A stretch of 62,069 nt of DNA, counting the filler. It is 6 parts of 6 records of this genome, joined end to end, with 100 filler letters (N's around TTAATTAATTAA, not from the genome) between each part and the next. Parts side by side here need not be neighbours in the genome. Positions count along the whole stretch, not along the records: positions 30,798 to 44,783 come from SRR31147125_3184; positions 44,884 to 49,915 come from SRR31147125_3196; positions 50,016 to 56,557 come from SRR31147125_3204; 3 more parts are not named here. One strand, 5' to 3'. The position numbers were made by a program, and so were the translations under genes. Positions 41,596-53,600 of this stretch are shown here, piece by piece; position 1 is the stretch's first letter, and each line of letters opens with the position of its first letter. The notes under the pieces are model-generated. The model was not told the origin of the DNA. It did no database searches and worked only from the letters and a program-made list of their open reading frames with translations.

Positions 41596-42474
41596 TTATC
41601 TAAATCGTTTTGCACGCATTCGAAAAAATCGAATCAAAGGTTCAATATAGGATCTGTTTGTCATAATATCTATATGATCAACATTCATAGAACGAAACAA
41701 TTTTTCCCGCTCATTGTTTTTTTCAACAGTTTGACTCGAAAAATCGTTACGCAAATCTGCACTCGACGTATCTAACAAAAAGGTTTCGCCGGTCTCGGCA
41801 TCCTCGAGCTCAATAAAGCCAACATTCGGAAGTTTGATTTCTCTGGGATCCGTTACAGTGATGGCAACAATGTCATGTCTTTTATTCGCGATTTGAAGTG
41901 CTTTTTCATAATTTTCACTTATGAAATCAGAAATCAAAAACACAACTGCCCGGCGCCTTGTGACACGAGACAAAAATTCCAAAGCTGTTGAAATATTTGT
42001 TTGTTTGCCTTTGGGTTTATGATAAAGGATTTCTCTCACAACACGCAATACATGTGATTTTCCTTTTTTGGCAGCTACAAATTTTTCAACTTCATCCGAA
42101 AATATAATGAGACCAACTTTATCATTGTTTTTGATAGCAGAAAAGGCTAACAATGCGCAAATTTCCGCGGCAATTTCACCCTTCATACGATCCACTGTAC
42201 CAAACTCACCGGAAGAACTCACATCCACAACGAGCATGACTGTCAGTTCACGCTCTTCCTCAAATATCTTTACATAAGGGTGGCCCATTCGTGCTGTCAC
42301 ATTCCAGTCAATGGTGCGAACATCATCTCCAATTTGATATTCGCGTACTTCAGCAAAATCCATTCCCCGCCCCTTGAATACGGAATGATATTCGCCGGAA
42401 AACACATCGTTTACCAACCCACGTGTTTGTATTTCAATTCGTTTTACTTTTTTTAATATCTCTTTTGGTATCAC
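41596..42474 (-). CDS. DUF58 family protein
   Basis: GEYHSVFKGRGMDFAEVREYQIGDDVRTIDWNVTAR, EEEREL, LISDF. Confidence 0.93.
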   Translation of the reverse strand: MIPKEILKKVKRIEIQTRGLVNDVFSGEYHSVFKGRGMDFAEVREYQIGDDVRTIDWNVTARMGHPYVKIFEEERELTVMLVVDVSSSGEFGTVDRMKGEIAAEICALLAFSAIKNNDKVGLIIFSDEVEKFVAAKKGKSHVLRVVREILYHKPKGKQTNISTALEFLSRVTRRRAVVFLISDFISENYEKALQIANKRHDIVAITVTDPREIKLPNVGFIELEDAETGETFLLDTSSADLRNDFSSQTVEKNNEREKLFRSMNVDHIDIMTNRSYIEPLIRFFRMRAKRFR

Positions 42475-42622
42475 GGTTACCTAATGATCCATTTTATCGG
42501 TTTTGGTTTACAGCTATTTCTGATATCCATAGGATATGCAGGCAGCCATTAAGACAAAATTTTCAACACCTGTATTATTCATTATATCAGCGAGTCAGTC
42601 GCTCAATTCTGATACGACTCTC

Positions 42623-43613
42623 TTAAGGCACTTCGATTTTGTTTAATATTTTCCTGACAACATCTTCAGCACTGATCTCCTCAGCTTCGGCTTCATAGGT
42701 TACGATAACACGATGTCTTAACACATCCATACCAATTGATCTCACATCCTCAGGTGTCACGTATCCGCGACGACGCAAAAAAGCCTGAGCTTTGGCAGCC
42801 ATACTTAAATAAATGGAAGCTCTTGGTGAAGCACCATATGCTATCAAATCTGTCAATTCATCCAGCCCGTATTCTGCCGGTTTTCGGGTAGCAAAAACAA
42901 TATCAACAATATAGTTCTCAATTTTGGGATCAATATAAACTTCATGAACGAGATTTTTTGCTTTAATGATATCATCGGGAGTAATAACAGCGCTGGCTTT
43001 TGGAGTTTCCAATTTGGTCATACGGCGCATGATCTCCAATTCTTCATCCCGATCCGGATATCCTACAGACAATTTCAACATGAAACGATCCACCTGTGCT
43101 TCCGGCAAAGGATATGTACCTTCCTGTTCAATCGGATTCTGTGTCGCTAAAACTAGAAAAGGAGCCGGTAATTTAAAGGTTTTTTCACCAATGGTAACTT
43201 GTCGTTCCTGCATGGCTTCCAACAATGCGGATTGTACCTTGGCCGGAGATCTGTTAATTTCATCCGCTAAGATTAGATTTGAAAAAATCGGTCCCTTTTT
43301 TGGCTGAAAAATCACCGCTTTTTTGATCATAAATCATTGTACCAACGATATCTGCCGGGAGAAGATCCGGAGTAAACTGGATACGCTGAAACATGGTTTT
43401 GAGGACGGATGAAAGTGTCTTTACAGTCATGGTTTTAGCTAAACCAGGGACACCCTCAAGCAAAATATGGCCATCGGATAAAAGCCCGATCAACAAGCGC
43501 TCAACCATGTATTTCTGTCCGACGATAACCTTTCCGATCTCGTCGTTTATCTTTTCAATAAAAGCACTCTCTTTTTGTATCTTTTCATTAATAGCCTGAA
43601 TATCGACATTCAT
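42623..43613 (-). CDS. moxR: MoxR-family AAA+ ATPase, split by frameshift
   Basis: GVPGLAKT, RIQFTPDLLPAD, LADEINR, ATQNPIEQEGTYPLPEAQVDRF, GASPRA; one extra base in the CCCTTTTTT run at 43293-43301. Confidence 0.92.
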
Positions 43614-43641
43614 AGAATCTTAACCTCCCATGGAGCTAGAG

Positions 43642-44616
43642 TTATTCTTTAGTTACATTTTCTTCGTCATCTATAGATTCGAAAAGTTCTCCGCGAAGAC
43701 TCTTTTGCAGATGCGCTTCAAAAAGTGTAAAAGCTCTTTCCAGTTCACTTTTCTCACCACTGCCGCCGGAAAACTTTATTCTATCCGCTGTAGACAGGAT
43801 TTCGTGAGTTTCGTTGATAAATCTGTCATCGGCATTCATGTTATCAAGTTCTGCTAATATCGATTCGGAAGTGACTTCCAAACCGCCAATATTAAACTTT
43901 TCTTTTAAAAAGCGACGGACGAGTTTCGATAGAATTGAAAAGCCCTGCGAAACATCCAGATCTGTATTATTCAACTTTATGGAATTCTTGAGATCGTCAA
44001 GAAAAAATTCTTCCACGGGTATAGCTGCAGCAGCCTCGGCCTCTTTTCGTCGCTGTTTTTCCGCTCGTTTGTTCCTGATTACAAAAAAGGAAACCACAAC
44101 CCCACTCGCAAGAAAAATAATTCCGAACAGCCATAAGATCCAGCTCTTTGAACCTGGTTCTGGCAACGGATCTACCACTTTAACCTCAATTCGGTTGGTA
44201 CTTAGACTAAAATCCTGATCACTGTCCAGATCCGTATATTTCAGGATAACTCCCTCGATATACCCCATACCAAGCGTTGTTGGTTTTAAAGTAAACTGGT
44301 AATCATGAACAGCCGTTTTTCTTCCATCAACGTATGCAACCTTGTTGGAAGAAGCACTTCCTATAATCTCAAAATTTTGCACTATTGGATTATCAAAAGG
44401 ATGGGTTTGATATCGATCCAGATCGCCAAACCATTCCAAACGTATAACCAATGTAGCCGCACGATTTAAAGGAACATTGTTTTGTTCCACAAAAGCAGAC
44501 AATTTAATGCCCGTATCCTGCGGAAATGAATCATCATTACTTGTATTTTGTGCCAGTAACGCATCCGTCAATCCAAGTAGTACCAAGCCAATCGTAAAAC
44601 ATTTCAATAAACGCAT
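43642..44616 (-). CDS. BatD-like single-TM protein
   Basis: Signal peptide, BatD-like Ig domain, TM, C-terminal ADRIKFSG resembling the 39374-40437 protein. Confidence 0.6.
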   Translation of the reverse strand: MRLLKCFTIGLVLLGLTDALLAQNTSNDDSFPQDTGIKLSAFVEQNNVPLNRAATLVIRLEWFGDLDRYQTHPFDNPIVQNFEIIGSASSNKVAYVDGRKTAVHDYQFTLKPTTLGMGYIEGVILKYTDLDSDQDFSLSTNRIEVKVVDPLPEPGSKSWILWLFGIIFLASGVVVSFFVIRNKRAEKQRRKEAEAAAAIPVEEFFLDDLKNSIKLNNTDLDVSQGFSILSKLVRRFLKEKFNIGGLEVTSESILAELDNMNADDRFINETHEILSTADRIKFSGGSGEKSELERAFTLFEAHLQKSLRGELFESIDDEENVTKE

Positions 44617-44783
44617 TCTTTTTCCTGCACCCTTTCACTAAATCGCGTATCGATCAAAATCTCAATTAATTTAGACGACGTTTAGGACTCAAGGTTACCA
44701 AAAATTTCACGAAAAAGCCGATCTCAGTGGTATCTTTTCAAACCAGACACCAGAAACATCGGCTTTTAAAGGCTTATTGTGAC

Positions 44784-44883
44784 NNNNNNNNNNNNNNNNN
44801 NNNNNNNNNNNNNNNNNNNNNNNNNNNTTAATTAATTAANNNNNNNNNNNNNNNNNNNNNNNNNNNNNNNNNNNNNNNNNNNN
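44784..44883. other. Artificial contig-joining spacer
   Basis: 44 N + TTAATTAATTAA + 44 N. Confidence 0.98.
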
Positions 44884-45950
44884 CATGTGAAAGCAACTTC
44901 GTCCATCGAAAGCGTATATTTTTTCTGTGAAGAATCACCTTCAAAAACAAAACCATTTGCCAAAACATCAACCAATGGAGAAAGATCGTTGGTTTGTTTC
45001 AGATGGTTGATTGAATGGAAGGGGCTTTTTATCGGTGCGCCATCTTCGCCAACCAGTCTTTTGGTAAGCACTACAGCGTATGTTTCGGTTTCTTCTAGTG
45101 GCAACAGAGGTCTTATAATGAGTGTGTCCGATTCACGCTCGTAGAAAGAAATGACATCACTCCATTGATCTGTCTTGCCATCGAGCATGTTAGGTTTGTC
45201 AAGCACTCCATCGTCATCGATATCTTCACCAGGATCAAGCTTGCCGTTCCCGTTTACATCTTCGTCATGAGTTTCGAAAAGAAGGTTCGAGCCATCCATG
45301 TGAGGATCTGAGATTGACTGATGCCATTCAATATCACAGTAATCGAAAAATCCTGTATTGAGCGGCTGTTTGGACATGTCCAGAATATCACCATATGGTT
45401 CTTCTACACACATTCTTCTGACTTCAGAGAAGGGATCGCCATGTAGAGGCTGTAACAATAGAGGGAAGTTACCTTGTCCAAGATCAAGAGGAATTGCAGT
45501 TCCGTATTTCGGGCTACCTTCGGTAACATTAATAAGGAAGATTGCATCGTTGTCAGCCTTTAAGTTTGAATCATGATGACGATCAACAATGTTTTGAAGA
45601 TCGAGAGCTTTATCGAATTTGACGGTAATAGACTGGAATACACCAAAACCGCTAAGTTCCAGAATCTTGTCTCTGAGATCGCCTTCCAGATTGGTTGGAG
45701 CCAAAACGCTTACGTTGACTCTTCTTTTGGTAACGCTGGTTTCATCATAGACTGTACCAATATCATTTGGAAACGGAATTTCAGGAAACGGCTTGGCGTC
45801 GAAATCAAAAACGATTTCAGGACCTGATCCGCTATCATCTGCCGGATATAAACCGTCATCGAGATTCTGACAGGACGAAACAATAATGGCAATTGTGAAA
45901 ACCGCTATCCACATAACTTTGTAGATGTTACTAACTCTCATTTTAATCAC
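44884..45950 (-). CDS. Hypothetical lipoprotein with Ig-like region and Ca-binding-like DxDxDG motifs (3'-truncated)
   Basis: VSSC lipobox; PFPND, DVNGNGKLDPGEDIDDDGVLD, LIIRPLLPL...YAVVLT. Confidence 0.7.
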
Positions 45951-46190
45951 CTATGATTTTGGAAGTGCGTATCAGAAACCTTTCAGTCGATCATTATTAG
46001 TATAAACCAATACCATACGACTTACTCTCATTGCAGGTGAACTTATCGCAAATATCCAGAAAAAAAGAGAAAATCCCAAAAAATTTATTTTTTGTTTATT
46101 ATTTGACGTGTTGTCAAGCGCATGCTAGAGAATATTTAGCCCGTAATCTGATTTCCAGAAATATGGTTTGATTAAATTTGGGAGTAAAGC

Positions 46191-48103
46191 ATGAATATTT
46201 CAAATAGAATTGCTGTTTTGCACGCTCTGGTTCTAGCCATCATCATGTTTTCCGTACCCGCATATGCAGCGGATTGGGAATATACCCCGGACATAAAGCC
46301 GGTATCAAGCGATGGAAAAGTTCACTATAGCCCATTTATGGGTGACTATCGCTTCAACTTCATGCATATGGACACATATGATCTTGACGTTGCCGATAAC
46401 ATTGTAAAAAGACCTACTACAATGAGCCCGATGGAAAACTGGGAGAACATAGATTCAGACTCTCTCCCGCTTTCAACTATAAAAAAGTCTACATCAAATT
46501 CGACGTTGCGATTCTGACAGGAAAACTATTCGGAGACAGCGAAAGCTTCGCCACAGGATTTAACAGATACGATATTCGTGACAAAAACTACGGAACAGAC
46601 ATCAGCCAGGTACTTCCAAGAGAAGGTTATGTACAATGGTTGTCCCCTGTAGGTCTTCTTAAAGTCGGTCACATGACCAGTCAGTTCGGCCTTGGAATGG
46701 TGTCAAACAACGGTCTTGACATGGAAAATCGCTATGGCTCAAGTCGTTTCGGCGATGTGGTCGAGAGAGTTCTTTTCGCTTCCACTCCATTTTTGCCGCT
46801 TACAGGTAAAGGCAAATGGGGCGAATATCTGACAATCGCCTTGTCGGGTGATCTTGTTTATCAGGATGAAAACGCAAAACTCCGCGATGGCGATATTGCC
46901 GCCATGTTTACTGCTGGCGTTTTCTATAATCACCCTGATTACAAAAACGGCGTAAGCTTTACCTACCGCTGGCAGGAAGATGATGATGGCGATGAGCTAA
47001 AAGCATACGCAATCAATGTCAATGGTAAAAACCGCTTCAAATTCAGTATTGGTGGCAAACAAGCTGCTGGAAGTGCAGCAGATGCACCGGAAATTGCACC
47101 AGAAGAAACTACAGAAGCTCCTGCCGCTCCGGTAGATCCAAAAACAGAAACGCCAACACCGGATACAACAAATACAGAAGCTCCGGCAGAAACATCTGCT
47201 AAAGCACCAGCCGAACAACCAGAAACTACCGAAAAAACAGAAGCCATTGCAGCACCTGTTGAAAAAGCTGTTGTAGCTCCTGCTATAGTTGAGAAAAAAG
47301 TCGAAGAAGCCCCAGTGGTTGAAAGCAAAGTCGAAGTAGCCACAGAGGCAAGCTCCGGATTTGATATGGCATTATCATTTGAATACGAATTTGCCACATT
47401 GCTAGGTCATACAAACCGCTTGCAGCAGGTCTCGAACATGGATGGACTTGACATTCAGGGTTTCGGTGCTGTTGCAAGACTGATCTACGAGCTTGTTTCA
47501 ATCGGCATGGATATCGAATTCGAGCTTGGTTATGCTTCTGGCGATAATGATCCGTATGACGACAAATCAACAGCATTTTTCTTTGATCCCGATTACAACG
47601 TCGGTATGATTTTCTTTGAGGAAATGCTACCTTTAATCACTGCCAGATCAGTCGAACAGACCATCGAAAAAAACCGCATGACGATAATTCCTAAAGGTCT
47701 TGATATGGTTCCATCGAGAGGCCGTGTAACTAACACTATTTACTACTTGCCTCAACTAAGATTCGAGACTCCAACCGGCCTGAACATGAATGACAGCTTC
47801 AAGGTTTCGGCAGGTGCATTGGTTATCACCACTCCATCATATTTCTCTCATGCATATTACACATTTGAGAATGGTGGAACACCGACAAATCACCTTAAGG
47901 GCAAAACAAACAGTCGATATATCGGTACCGAAATTCTGGCCGGTGCGCAGTTCAAAGTTTGGCCTGTCAACAATCATCTTGGCATGAACATCAAACTTGA
48001 ACAATCATACTTCATGCCGGGAGCGGCACTTGAAGACGCAAACGGCGATCTTCCAAGCGGCGTATGGAAGTTCATGATGACCTTCGGGCTTATGTGGCAA
48101 TAA
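46191..48103 (+). CDS. Outer-membrane beta-barrel protein with low-complexity insert, split by frameshift
   Basis: Signal peptide (AYA-A); adding one A to the A5 at 46406-46410 joins 46191-46517 to 46640-48103; GHMTSQFGLG, ELGYASGD, FDPDYNVGMIFF, aromatic C-terminal strand. Confidence 0.75.
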
Positions 48104-48122
48104 GCAGAAAACCAACAATATC

Positions 48123-48155
48123 AAAAGGCCATCCGAATTCGGGTGGCCTTTTTTT
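48123..48155. terminator. Bidirectional intrinsic terminator
   Basis: AAAAGGCCAtCCGAA/TTCGGgTGGCCTTTT + T tract between convergent genes. Confidence 0.85.
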
Positions 48156-48203
48156 ATTGGGATTCAAATCATCTTGCTATGTGCTTTTTATCTTTGCGCA
48201 GTC

Positions 48204-48488
48204 TTATGAATTGATAATTGGTAGAACTTGCCTGCTGGGTTGAAATTTTGCCAAATCGTAAGCCATTTGTAAATTCATCCAAAATTGCGGCGTGGTACTA
48301 AATGCTTTTGACAAAAACCATGCCGTCTCAGGTGTAATCCCTCTTTTGCCCCTAATTACTTCATTGATCCTTTGAAGTGGGATTCCAATATGTTTAGCCA
48401 AAGCAACTTGTGTAAGTCTTGAAGGTTTTAAGAATTCCTCCAACAATATTTCTCCGGGGTGAGTTGGTGTTCTGTTTTCCGGAATCAT
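48204..48488 (-). CDS. higA: HigA antitoxin (XRE HTH)
   Basis: PTHPGEILLEEFL...RINEVIRGKRGITPETA...FWMNLQ. Confidence 0.95.
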   Translation of the reverse strand: MIPENRTPTHPGEILLEEFLKPSRLTQVALAKHIGIPLQRINEVIRGKRGITPETAWFLSKAFSTTPQFWMNLQMAYDLAKFQPSRQVLPIINS

Positions 48489-48497
48489 AGCTATCTC

Positions 48498-48791
48498 CTA
48501 ACGATGGTAATCCATCAATCTAACGTCCCATGCGGCATCATTTTCCCAACGAAAAACCAACCGCCAACGTTTGTCCACTCTTATACTATAATAACCATAT
48601 AAGTTGCCTTTAAGTGCTTCCAGTCTATTCCCTGGTGGTGACCTTAAATCGTTTAAAAAGACTGCTGCATTCATCATATCAAGTTTACGAATTACAGCTC
48701 TAATTAAATTTGGAGGTAAGCGTTCCAAATCACGATTTTTGTAACCATGAAATACTGCTTGTGTACGTCTGTCACCAAAGGAACATATCAC
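48498..48791 (-). CDS. higB: HigB toxin (RelE/ParE family)
   Basis: DLRSPPGNRLEALKG...YSIRVDKRWRLVFRW...DYH; GTG at 48791 after GGAGGT; toxin upstream of antitoxin. Confidence 0.93.
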   Translation of the reverse strand: MICSFGDRRTQAVFHGYKNRDLERLPPNLIRAVIRKLDMMNAAVFLNDLRSPPGNRLEALKGNLYGYYSIRVDKRWRLVFRWENDAAWDVRLMDYHR

Positions 48792-48808
48792 AACTACCTC
48801 CACTCAAA

Positions 48809-48836
48809 ATTATACGCTTTCCGTGCAATCATGCAA
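48809..48836 (-). promoter_or_regulatory. higBA promoter with overlapping palindromic operator
   Basis: Minus strand TTGCAT-16 nt-TATAAT; ACG-N5-CGT palindrome (48814-48824) in the spacer, touching the -10. Confidence 0.55.
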
Positions 48837-48962
48837 GAAGTTTTTGCTGATACTATAAAGCAAAACTCGTACTCTACTTTCAACAAACTTTTTAGTGACT
48901 AATCGTTTTTATCTTGTATACTACAATTCAATTACTTCTCATGGTCATTATTGGGTTACAAC

Positions 48963-49915
48963 ATGTCATTCATTCGTGCAATCAGAGTACATTTATACGC
49001 CATTGTTCCAGCATTATTATGTCTGTTTGTATACGTCATTACAGCGGCAAAAGGCATTACATGGGGAGATTCGGCTGAAATATCGCAAGCAGTTCATAAT
49101 CTCGGCGTAGCTCATCCTCCCGGATATCCGGTTTATACGCTTTTAAGTAAAATACTTTCAAGCCTGCTCTTTTTTATCGACGATCCGGCATCAAGACTCA
49201 ATTTCGTAGTCGGTTTTTACGGAGCTTTAGCGATTTTCTTTTTCGCAATCGTCATCAAAAACATCACCTATAAATTCAATGATAACAATGACTTCAGTCC
49301 ACTGACAAGCACAATTTCCGCGTCACTTGGCGCGTTTGTTTATGGAGTTTCGCCACTATTTTTAAGTCAGGCAAGAATTGCGGAAGTCTACACATTTCAC
49401 ATTCTTATCGTATCTCTGGCTTTGTATTTTATTGTCGAATTCCAGTTTAAAGGCTGCCGAAAATATTTGGTGCGAACAACAATTGTTCTTGGATTTGGTT
49501 TGGCGCATCATCCGACTATCGTTCATATTTTCATTCCGCTTTTGATCTATGTGATTCTCAAACAAAAGAAATTCTTCTTCTCAAAACACTTTAAATATTC
49601 AATTTTCTGGGGACTTTTGCCTCTTTTGTTTTATACATATCTCCCACTTGCAGATCATTTCTCATCGGCTTTTTCATGGGGCGGAACAAGCAGTTTATCC
49701 GGTTTTTGGTCGCACATTACAGCAGACACATACACAAAATTCTTTGAAATCGATGGCGGCAAAGCGGCTGCGCATTTGGTCCAGCTCGCGGCAACTGTAA
49801 TGATTTCAATAACCTGGCTTGGTATCGCACTGTTTTTGGCTGGTCTGGTTGTGCTTTTCAGGCAATCGAAGCCGTTTTTCATTTTCATAGTCGGCTTTTT
49901 GGCAATCGGACTTTT
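48963..49915 (+). CDS. DUF2723 / TMEM260-like GT-C protein O-mannosyltransferase family (3'-truncated)
   Basis: WGDSAEI, LGVAHPPGYPVY, AEVYT, AHH, YLPL, WG motifs; multi-TM. Confidence 0.85.
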
Positions 49916-50015
49916 NNNNNNNNNNNNNNNNNNNNNNNNNNNNNNNNNNNNNNNNNNNNTTAATTAATTAANNNNNNNNNNNNNNNNNNNNNNNNNNNNN
50001 NNNNNNNNNNNNNNN
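49916..50015. other. Artificial contig-joining spacer
   Basis: 44 N + TTAATTAATTAA + 44 N. Confidence 0.98.
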
Positions 50016-50682
50016 TTCATTTCCCAAGTTGCCTCAAATAGTAATGCTTTCGCCAAAAATGCTTCGGCTGCCCATTTACTAATTTGGCCTTTATCTGCAG
50101 CACCTATATTTTGCTCAATAGGTAAACCTTGAATGGCATCTTCCAAATCAAGTTTTACTTGAGCAAAAACCTCATATCTACTTTTCCTATTACCAACGAG
50201 TTCTTCTGAATTCAAATCCAAAACAGTTGTAACAATAGGTACTCCACCAAAACGCTGTAACAAAAAGAAATGATGGTAAGCTCTAAAAATTTGGCAGTAG
50301 CAACGTATTGGGCAATCTCATTCATATCTTCCTCATATTCAGCTGCCTTTTCAAGCAAAATATTCGTTGATCGGATGTACTTGTATGCTCCGCTCCAGAA
50401 AACATCATTACTTCCCGTTACGATAGTTCCTCGTCCCTGTTCAGTTGTTAATGCAGTTAAATCAGAGCCCCAGTCCATATATTCATATATATTCCTGTCA
50501 TCAATATTTCTCCAACTTAACATCTTATTGTAAAAATCATTTGATGCAGCTTTAAAATGGTCGGGCTGGCTAAAATAGGCTGCTTCGGTAATGGTATCCA
50601 AAGGTTCTAATTCAAGGTACTGATCTTCGCATGCCGTAAACAGCAATAAACTTAGTAGTATAACTGATAATATCTTTTTCAT
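50016..50682 (-). CDS. susD: SusD/RagB-family lipoprotein (frameshifted, 3'-truncated)
   Basis: FTAC lipobox; adding one base to A5 50285-50289 gives AKFFRAYHHFFLLQRFGGVPIV...DLEDAIQGLP...KWAAEAFLAK; follows susC. Confidence 0.88.
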
Positions 50683-50699
50683 TTTCTGTAATTTTTTAA

Positions 50700-53600
50700 T
50701 TAGAAAGTTACGTTTACACCCATCGACCAGGTCCTGTTGAAAGGATATGAGTTTTGGGTACTTTCACCATATTCAGGATCAAAACCATCTTTGATGCTTG
50801 AAAACTCAAAGAGATCATTTCCAGAGAAATAGATTCTTAGTTTATCAATGTTATATTTGTCGATTCTAATATCATCGAACGTATAACCTACCACAAGCGA
50901 TTTCAAACGAATGTATCTGTTATTGACCAACGCAAAATCATTATGCCACCAGTTCCACCTTGCTCTGGGAACATTGGCAGTCATTCTAGGGAAGTCAGCA
51001 CCAGTATTATCTTCAGTCCAGGTATTCCCAATGTAGGCTGCTGTTTGGTTCGTCCAAACATTTAAGAATGGAAACGCCAGGTATCCGCTTCGTTCCAGTT
51101 TCTGCTCCAATACTCCTTGGAAAAATCCGGTCAGATCAAAATTCTTAAAACGTAATCCCAAGTTTATTCCATAATTATAGTGAGGAGTAGCATCACCCAT
51201 ATACTTAACATCACCATTCATTTCATCAATATTACCCGACTCTTCTATCGAATTTGAGCCGTCTAAATCAACTCGTTTAGTATCACCTGGTCTAAGTCTT
51301 TGAAATAAATCTGTAGCACTAGGAACTTGTCCTCCGCTGGAATTTGCAGCATAATAGGCATTTACTTCCTCTTCGGAAGTAAAGAATCCATCGGTTTCGT
51401 ACATAAACCAGGAATTGAGTGGATAGCCTTGCACTGTTGAATTTTTACCTGCGTTATAGGTACTCACACCATCCATCTTTACTAATTCATTTCTGCTGTC
51501 TCCAATATTTATAGAGATATTATACTGAAGCTCCCCGACTTTATTTTTATACCCTAAAACAGCCTCCCAACCATTGGTCTCAAGAATACCGCTATTGGAT
51601 TTTGGAGCATCACCACCCAATAAATCAGGATAGTTAATACTGATTAACATTCCATCGTTCTTTTTGGTATAATAATCGAATGATCCGTACATCTTATTCT
51701 CAAACAAACGAAAATCTATACCATACGTTGTAATACCAACTCGTTCCCAAGTTCTTGTACTACTTGTTAATCCACCAATCCAAGCTGTATTCTGCAATGA
51801 AGCTGCTGTGCCAAATATGGCATTACCAAATGACATAGTTGATAAGTAATCGTAGTTTCCAATCCCTTTCTGATTTCCGGTTTCACCATAACTGGCTCTT
51901 AGTTTAAGAAATGAGATTTGAGAAATTGACTTCATGAAATCTTCTTCGGATAAAACCCAACCAATTGAACCATAACCAAAGTTTGACCATTTATACCCTG
52001 GTGCAAATTTTGAAGAACCATCACGACGTCCGGTCAATTCAATGAGGTATTTATTTTTATAGCTGTAGTTAAAACGTCCCAGGTATGAATATAGCCCCCA
52101 ATTTCCTGATCCACCTGTTGCCTCAACAAGCTCTTCAGTTGATCCCATATTGATATCGTAAACGCCATAATCTTCAAACCCTTTCCGGTACCCATACAAT
52201 TTGCCATCTTCACTTTTTTCGGAAGTTACACCAAGCATCGCTGAAAATTCGTGATCACCTAACGTTTTATTGTAGTTGGCAAAGGCACCGTAATTCTGAT
52301 AGGTAATATTTCTTTTTTCCTGACGGATAGATGAAGTTGAGTTTACAGACTCCGGAGAACGTTCTCCAAACCATGTATATTGAGGAACTGTTACCTGATA
52401 CATCATGTAGTCATAAAAATCCTTGTCTACTGAAGCAGTCGCCCTAAAGCTTAAGTCACTGGTAATGTCTATAGTTGCCGCAAAGTTCAACTTCATTTGA
52501 TCACGCTTTGTTATTTCATTACCACCATCAACAGTAGCTGCTGTAGCATTACGATTACCAGCAATATTAAAATTGGCATACCACTGTCCGTAAGGATTCT
52601 TTGCCGGGAAAAATGGAGGGTCGTATGATATTGAACTTGCGTCAAATCCAGATGATGGGTTGGTTACATTTGTATTAAAATATGAAACCCCAGTCTCAAG
52701 TTTCAACCATTCCGTAACGTCATAATCATAATTGAAACGGATATTGTATTGCTCTTTCCCATCGTAAGCAGTTTGTAACATCCCAACATTCTCTGCATAA
52801 CCACCTGAAATACGATAGTTTGATTTATCAGAAGAACCAGATAAACTAATGTTTTGCTGATTTGAGATAGAAGATCCATACATTTCATCGAATCGAGCAT
52901 AGTTTCCAATAAAGATATCTCCCCAATATTGGGTTGGATAAATTCCTTCTTCTCCTCGCTGCATACGTTCCAGGTTCGCTTTTGATTGCCATCCCCAATA
53001 GTTTGCTTGTGCCCCATCTTGTTCTGCCGCTTCTAACCATACCGTTGCATAATCTTGCATCGTTGGTGTTGGAGGACGAATACCGATAGCATTAACACGG
53101 AAGTTACTGGTCAATTCTACTTTCATATCTCCTTTACCTTTTTTGGTAGTTACCAAGATAACACCATTGGCAGCACGTGAACCATAAATAGCAGCTGAGC
53201 CATCTTTTAAAACACTTATAGACTCAATATCGTCCGGATTCATACTATAAAAAGCCTCTGTATTTATTACAGGTGAACCATCAATAACAATTAGCGGTTC
53301 CCCTCCATTTACTGAAGTTGCTCCACGAATTTGAAAATCAATCCCTTCTTTTCCTGGACGGGCAGAAGAACGTGTTACCACCAAACCTGGAGTTTGTCCT
53401 TGTAATGCCAAGGCCGGGCTAGTTACCGCCCTATCTTTAAATGTTTCAGTTGAAATAGTTTCTACAGAACCGGTTAAAGTTGCCTTCTTCTGCACACCAT
53501 AACCAACCGCAACAACTTCCTCAATTCCAATGGCATCAGGAGTCATTACAATACTGAAAAAAGACTGATCCCCAACAGACATTTCCTGGGTTTTCATTCC

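Noticed and set aside
44713-44767. AAAAGCCGAT…ATCGGCTTTT inverted repeat near the contig end
   Set aside because: Single copy with a long loop at a contig edge; probably the terminator of an unseen gene and not assessable.
46963-47397. 144-aa Ala/Ser/Gly-rich minus-strand ORF
   Set aside because: Antisense shadow of the low-complexity insert in the barrel gene.
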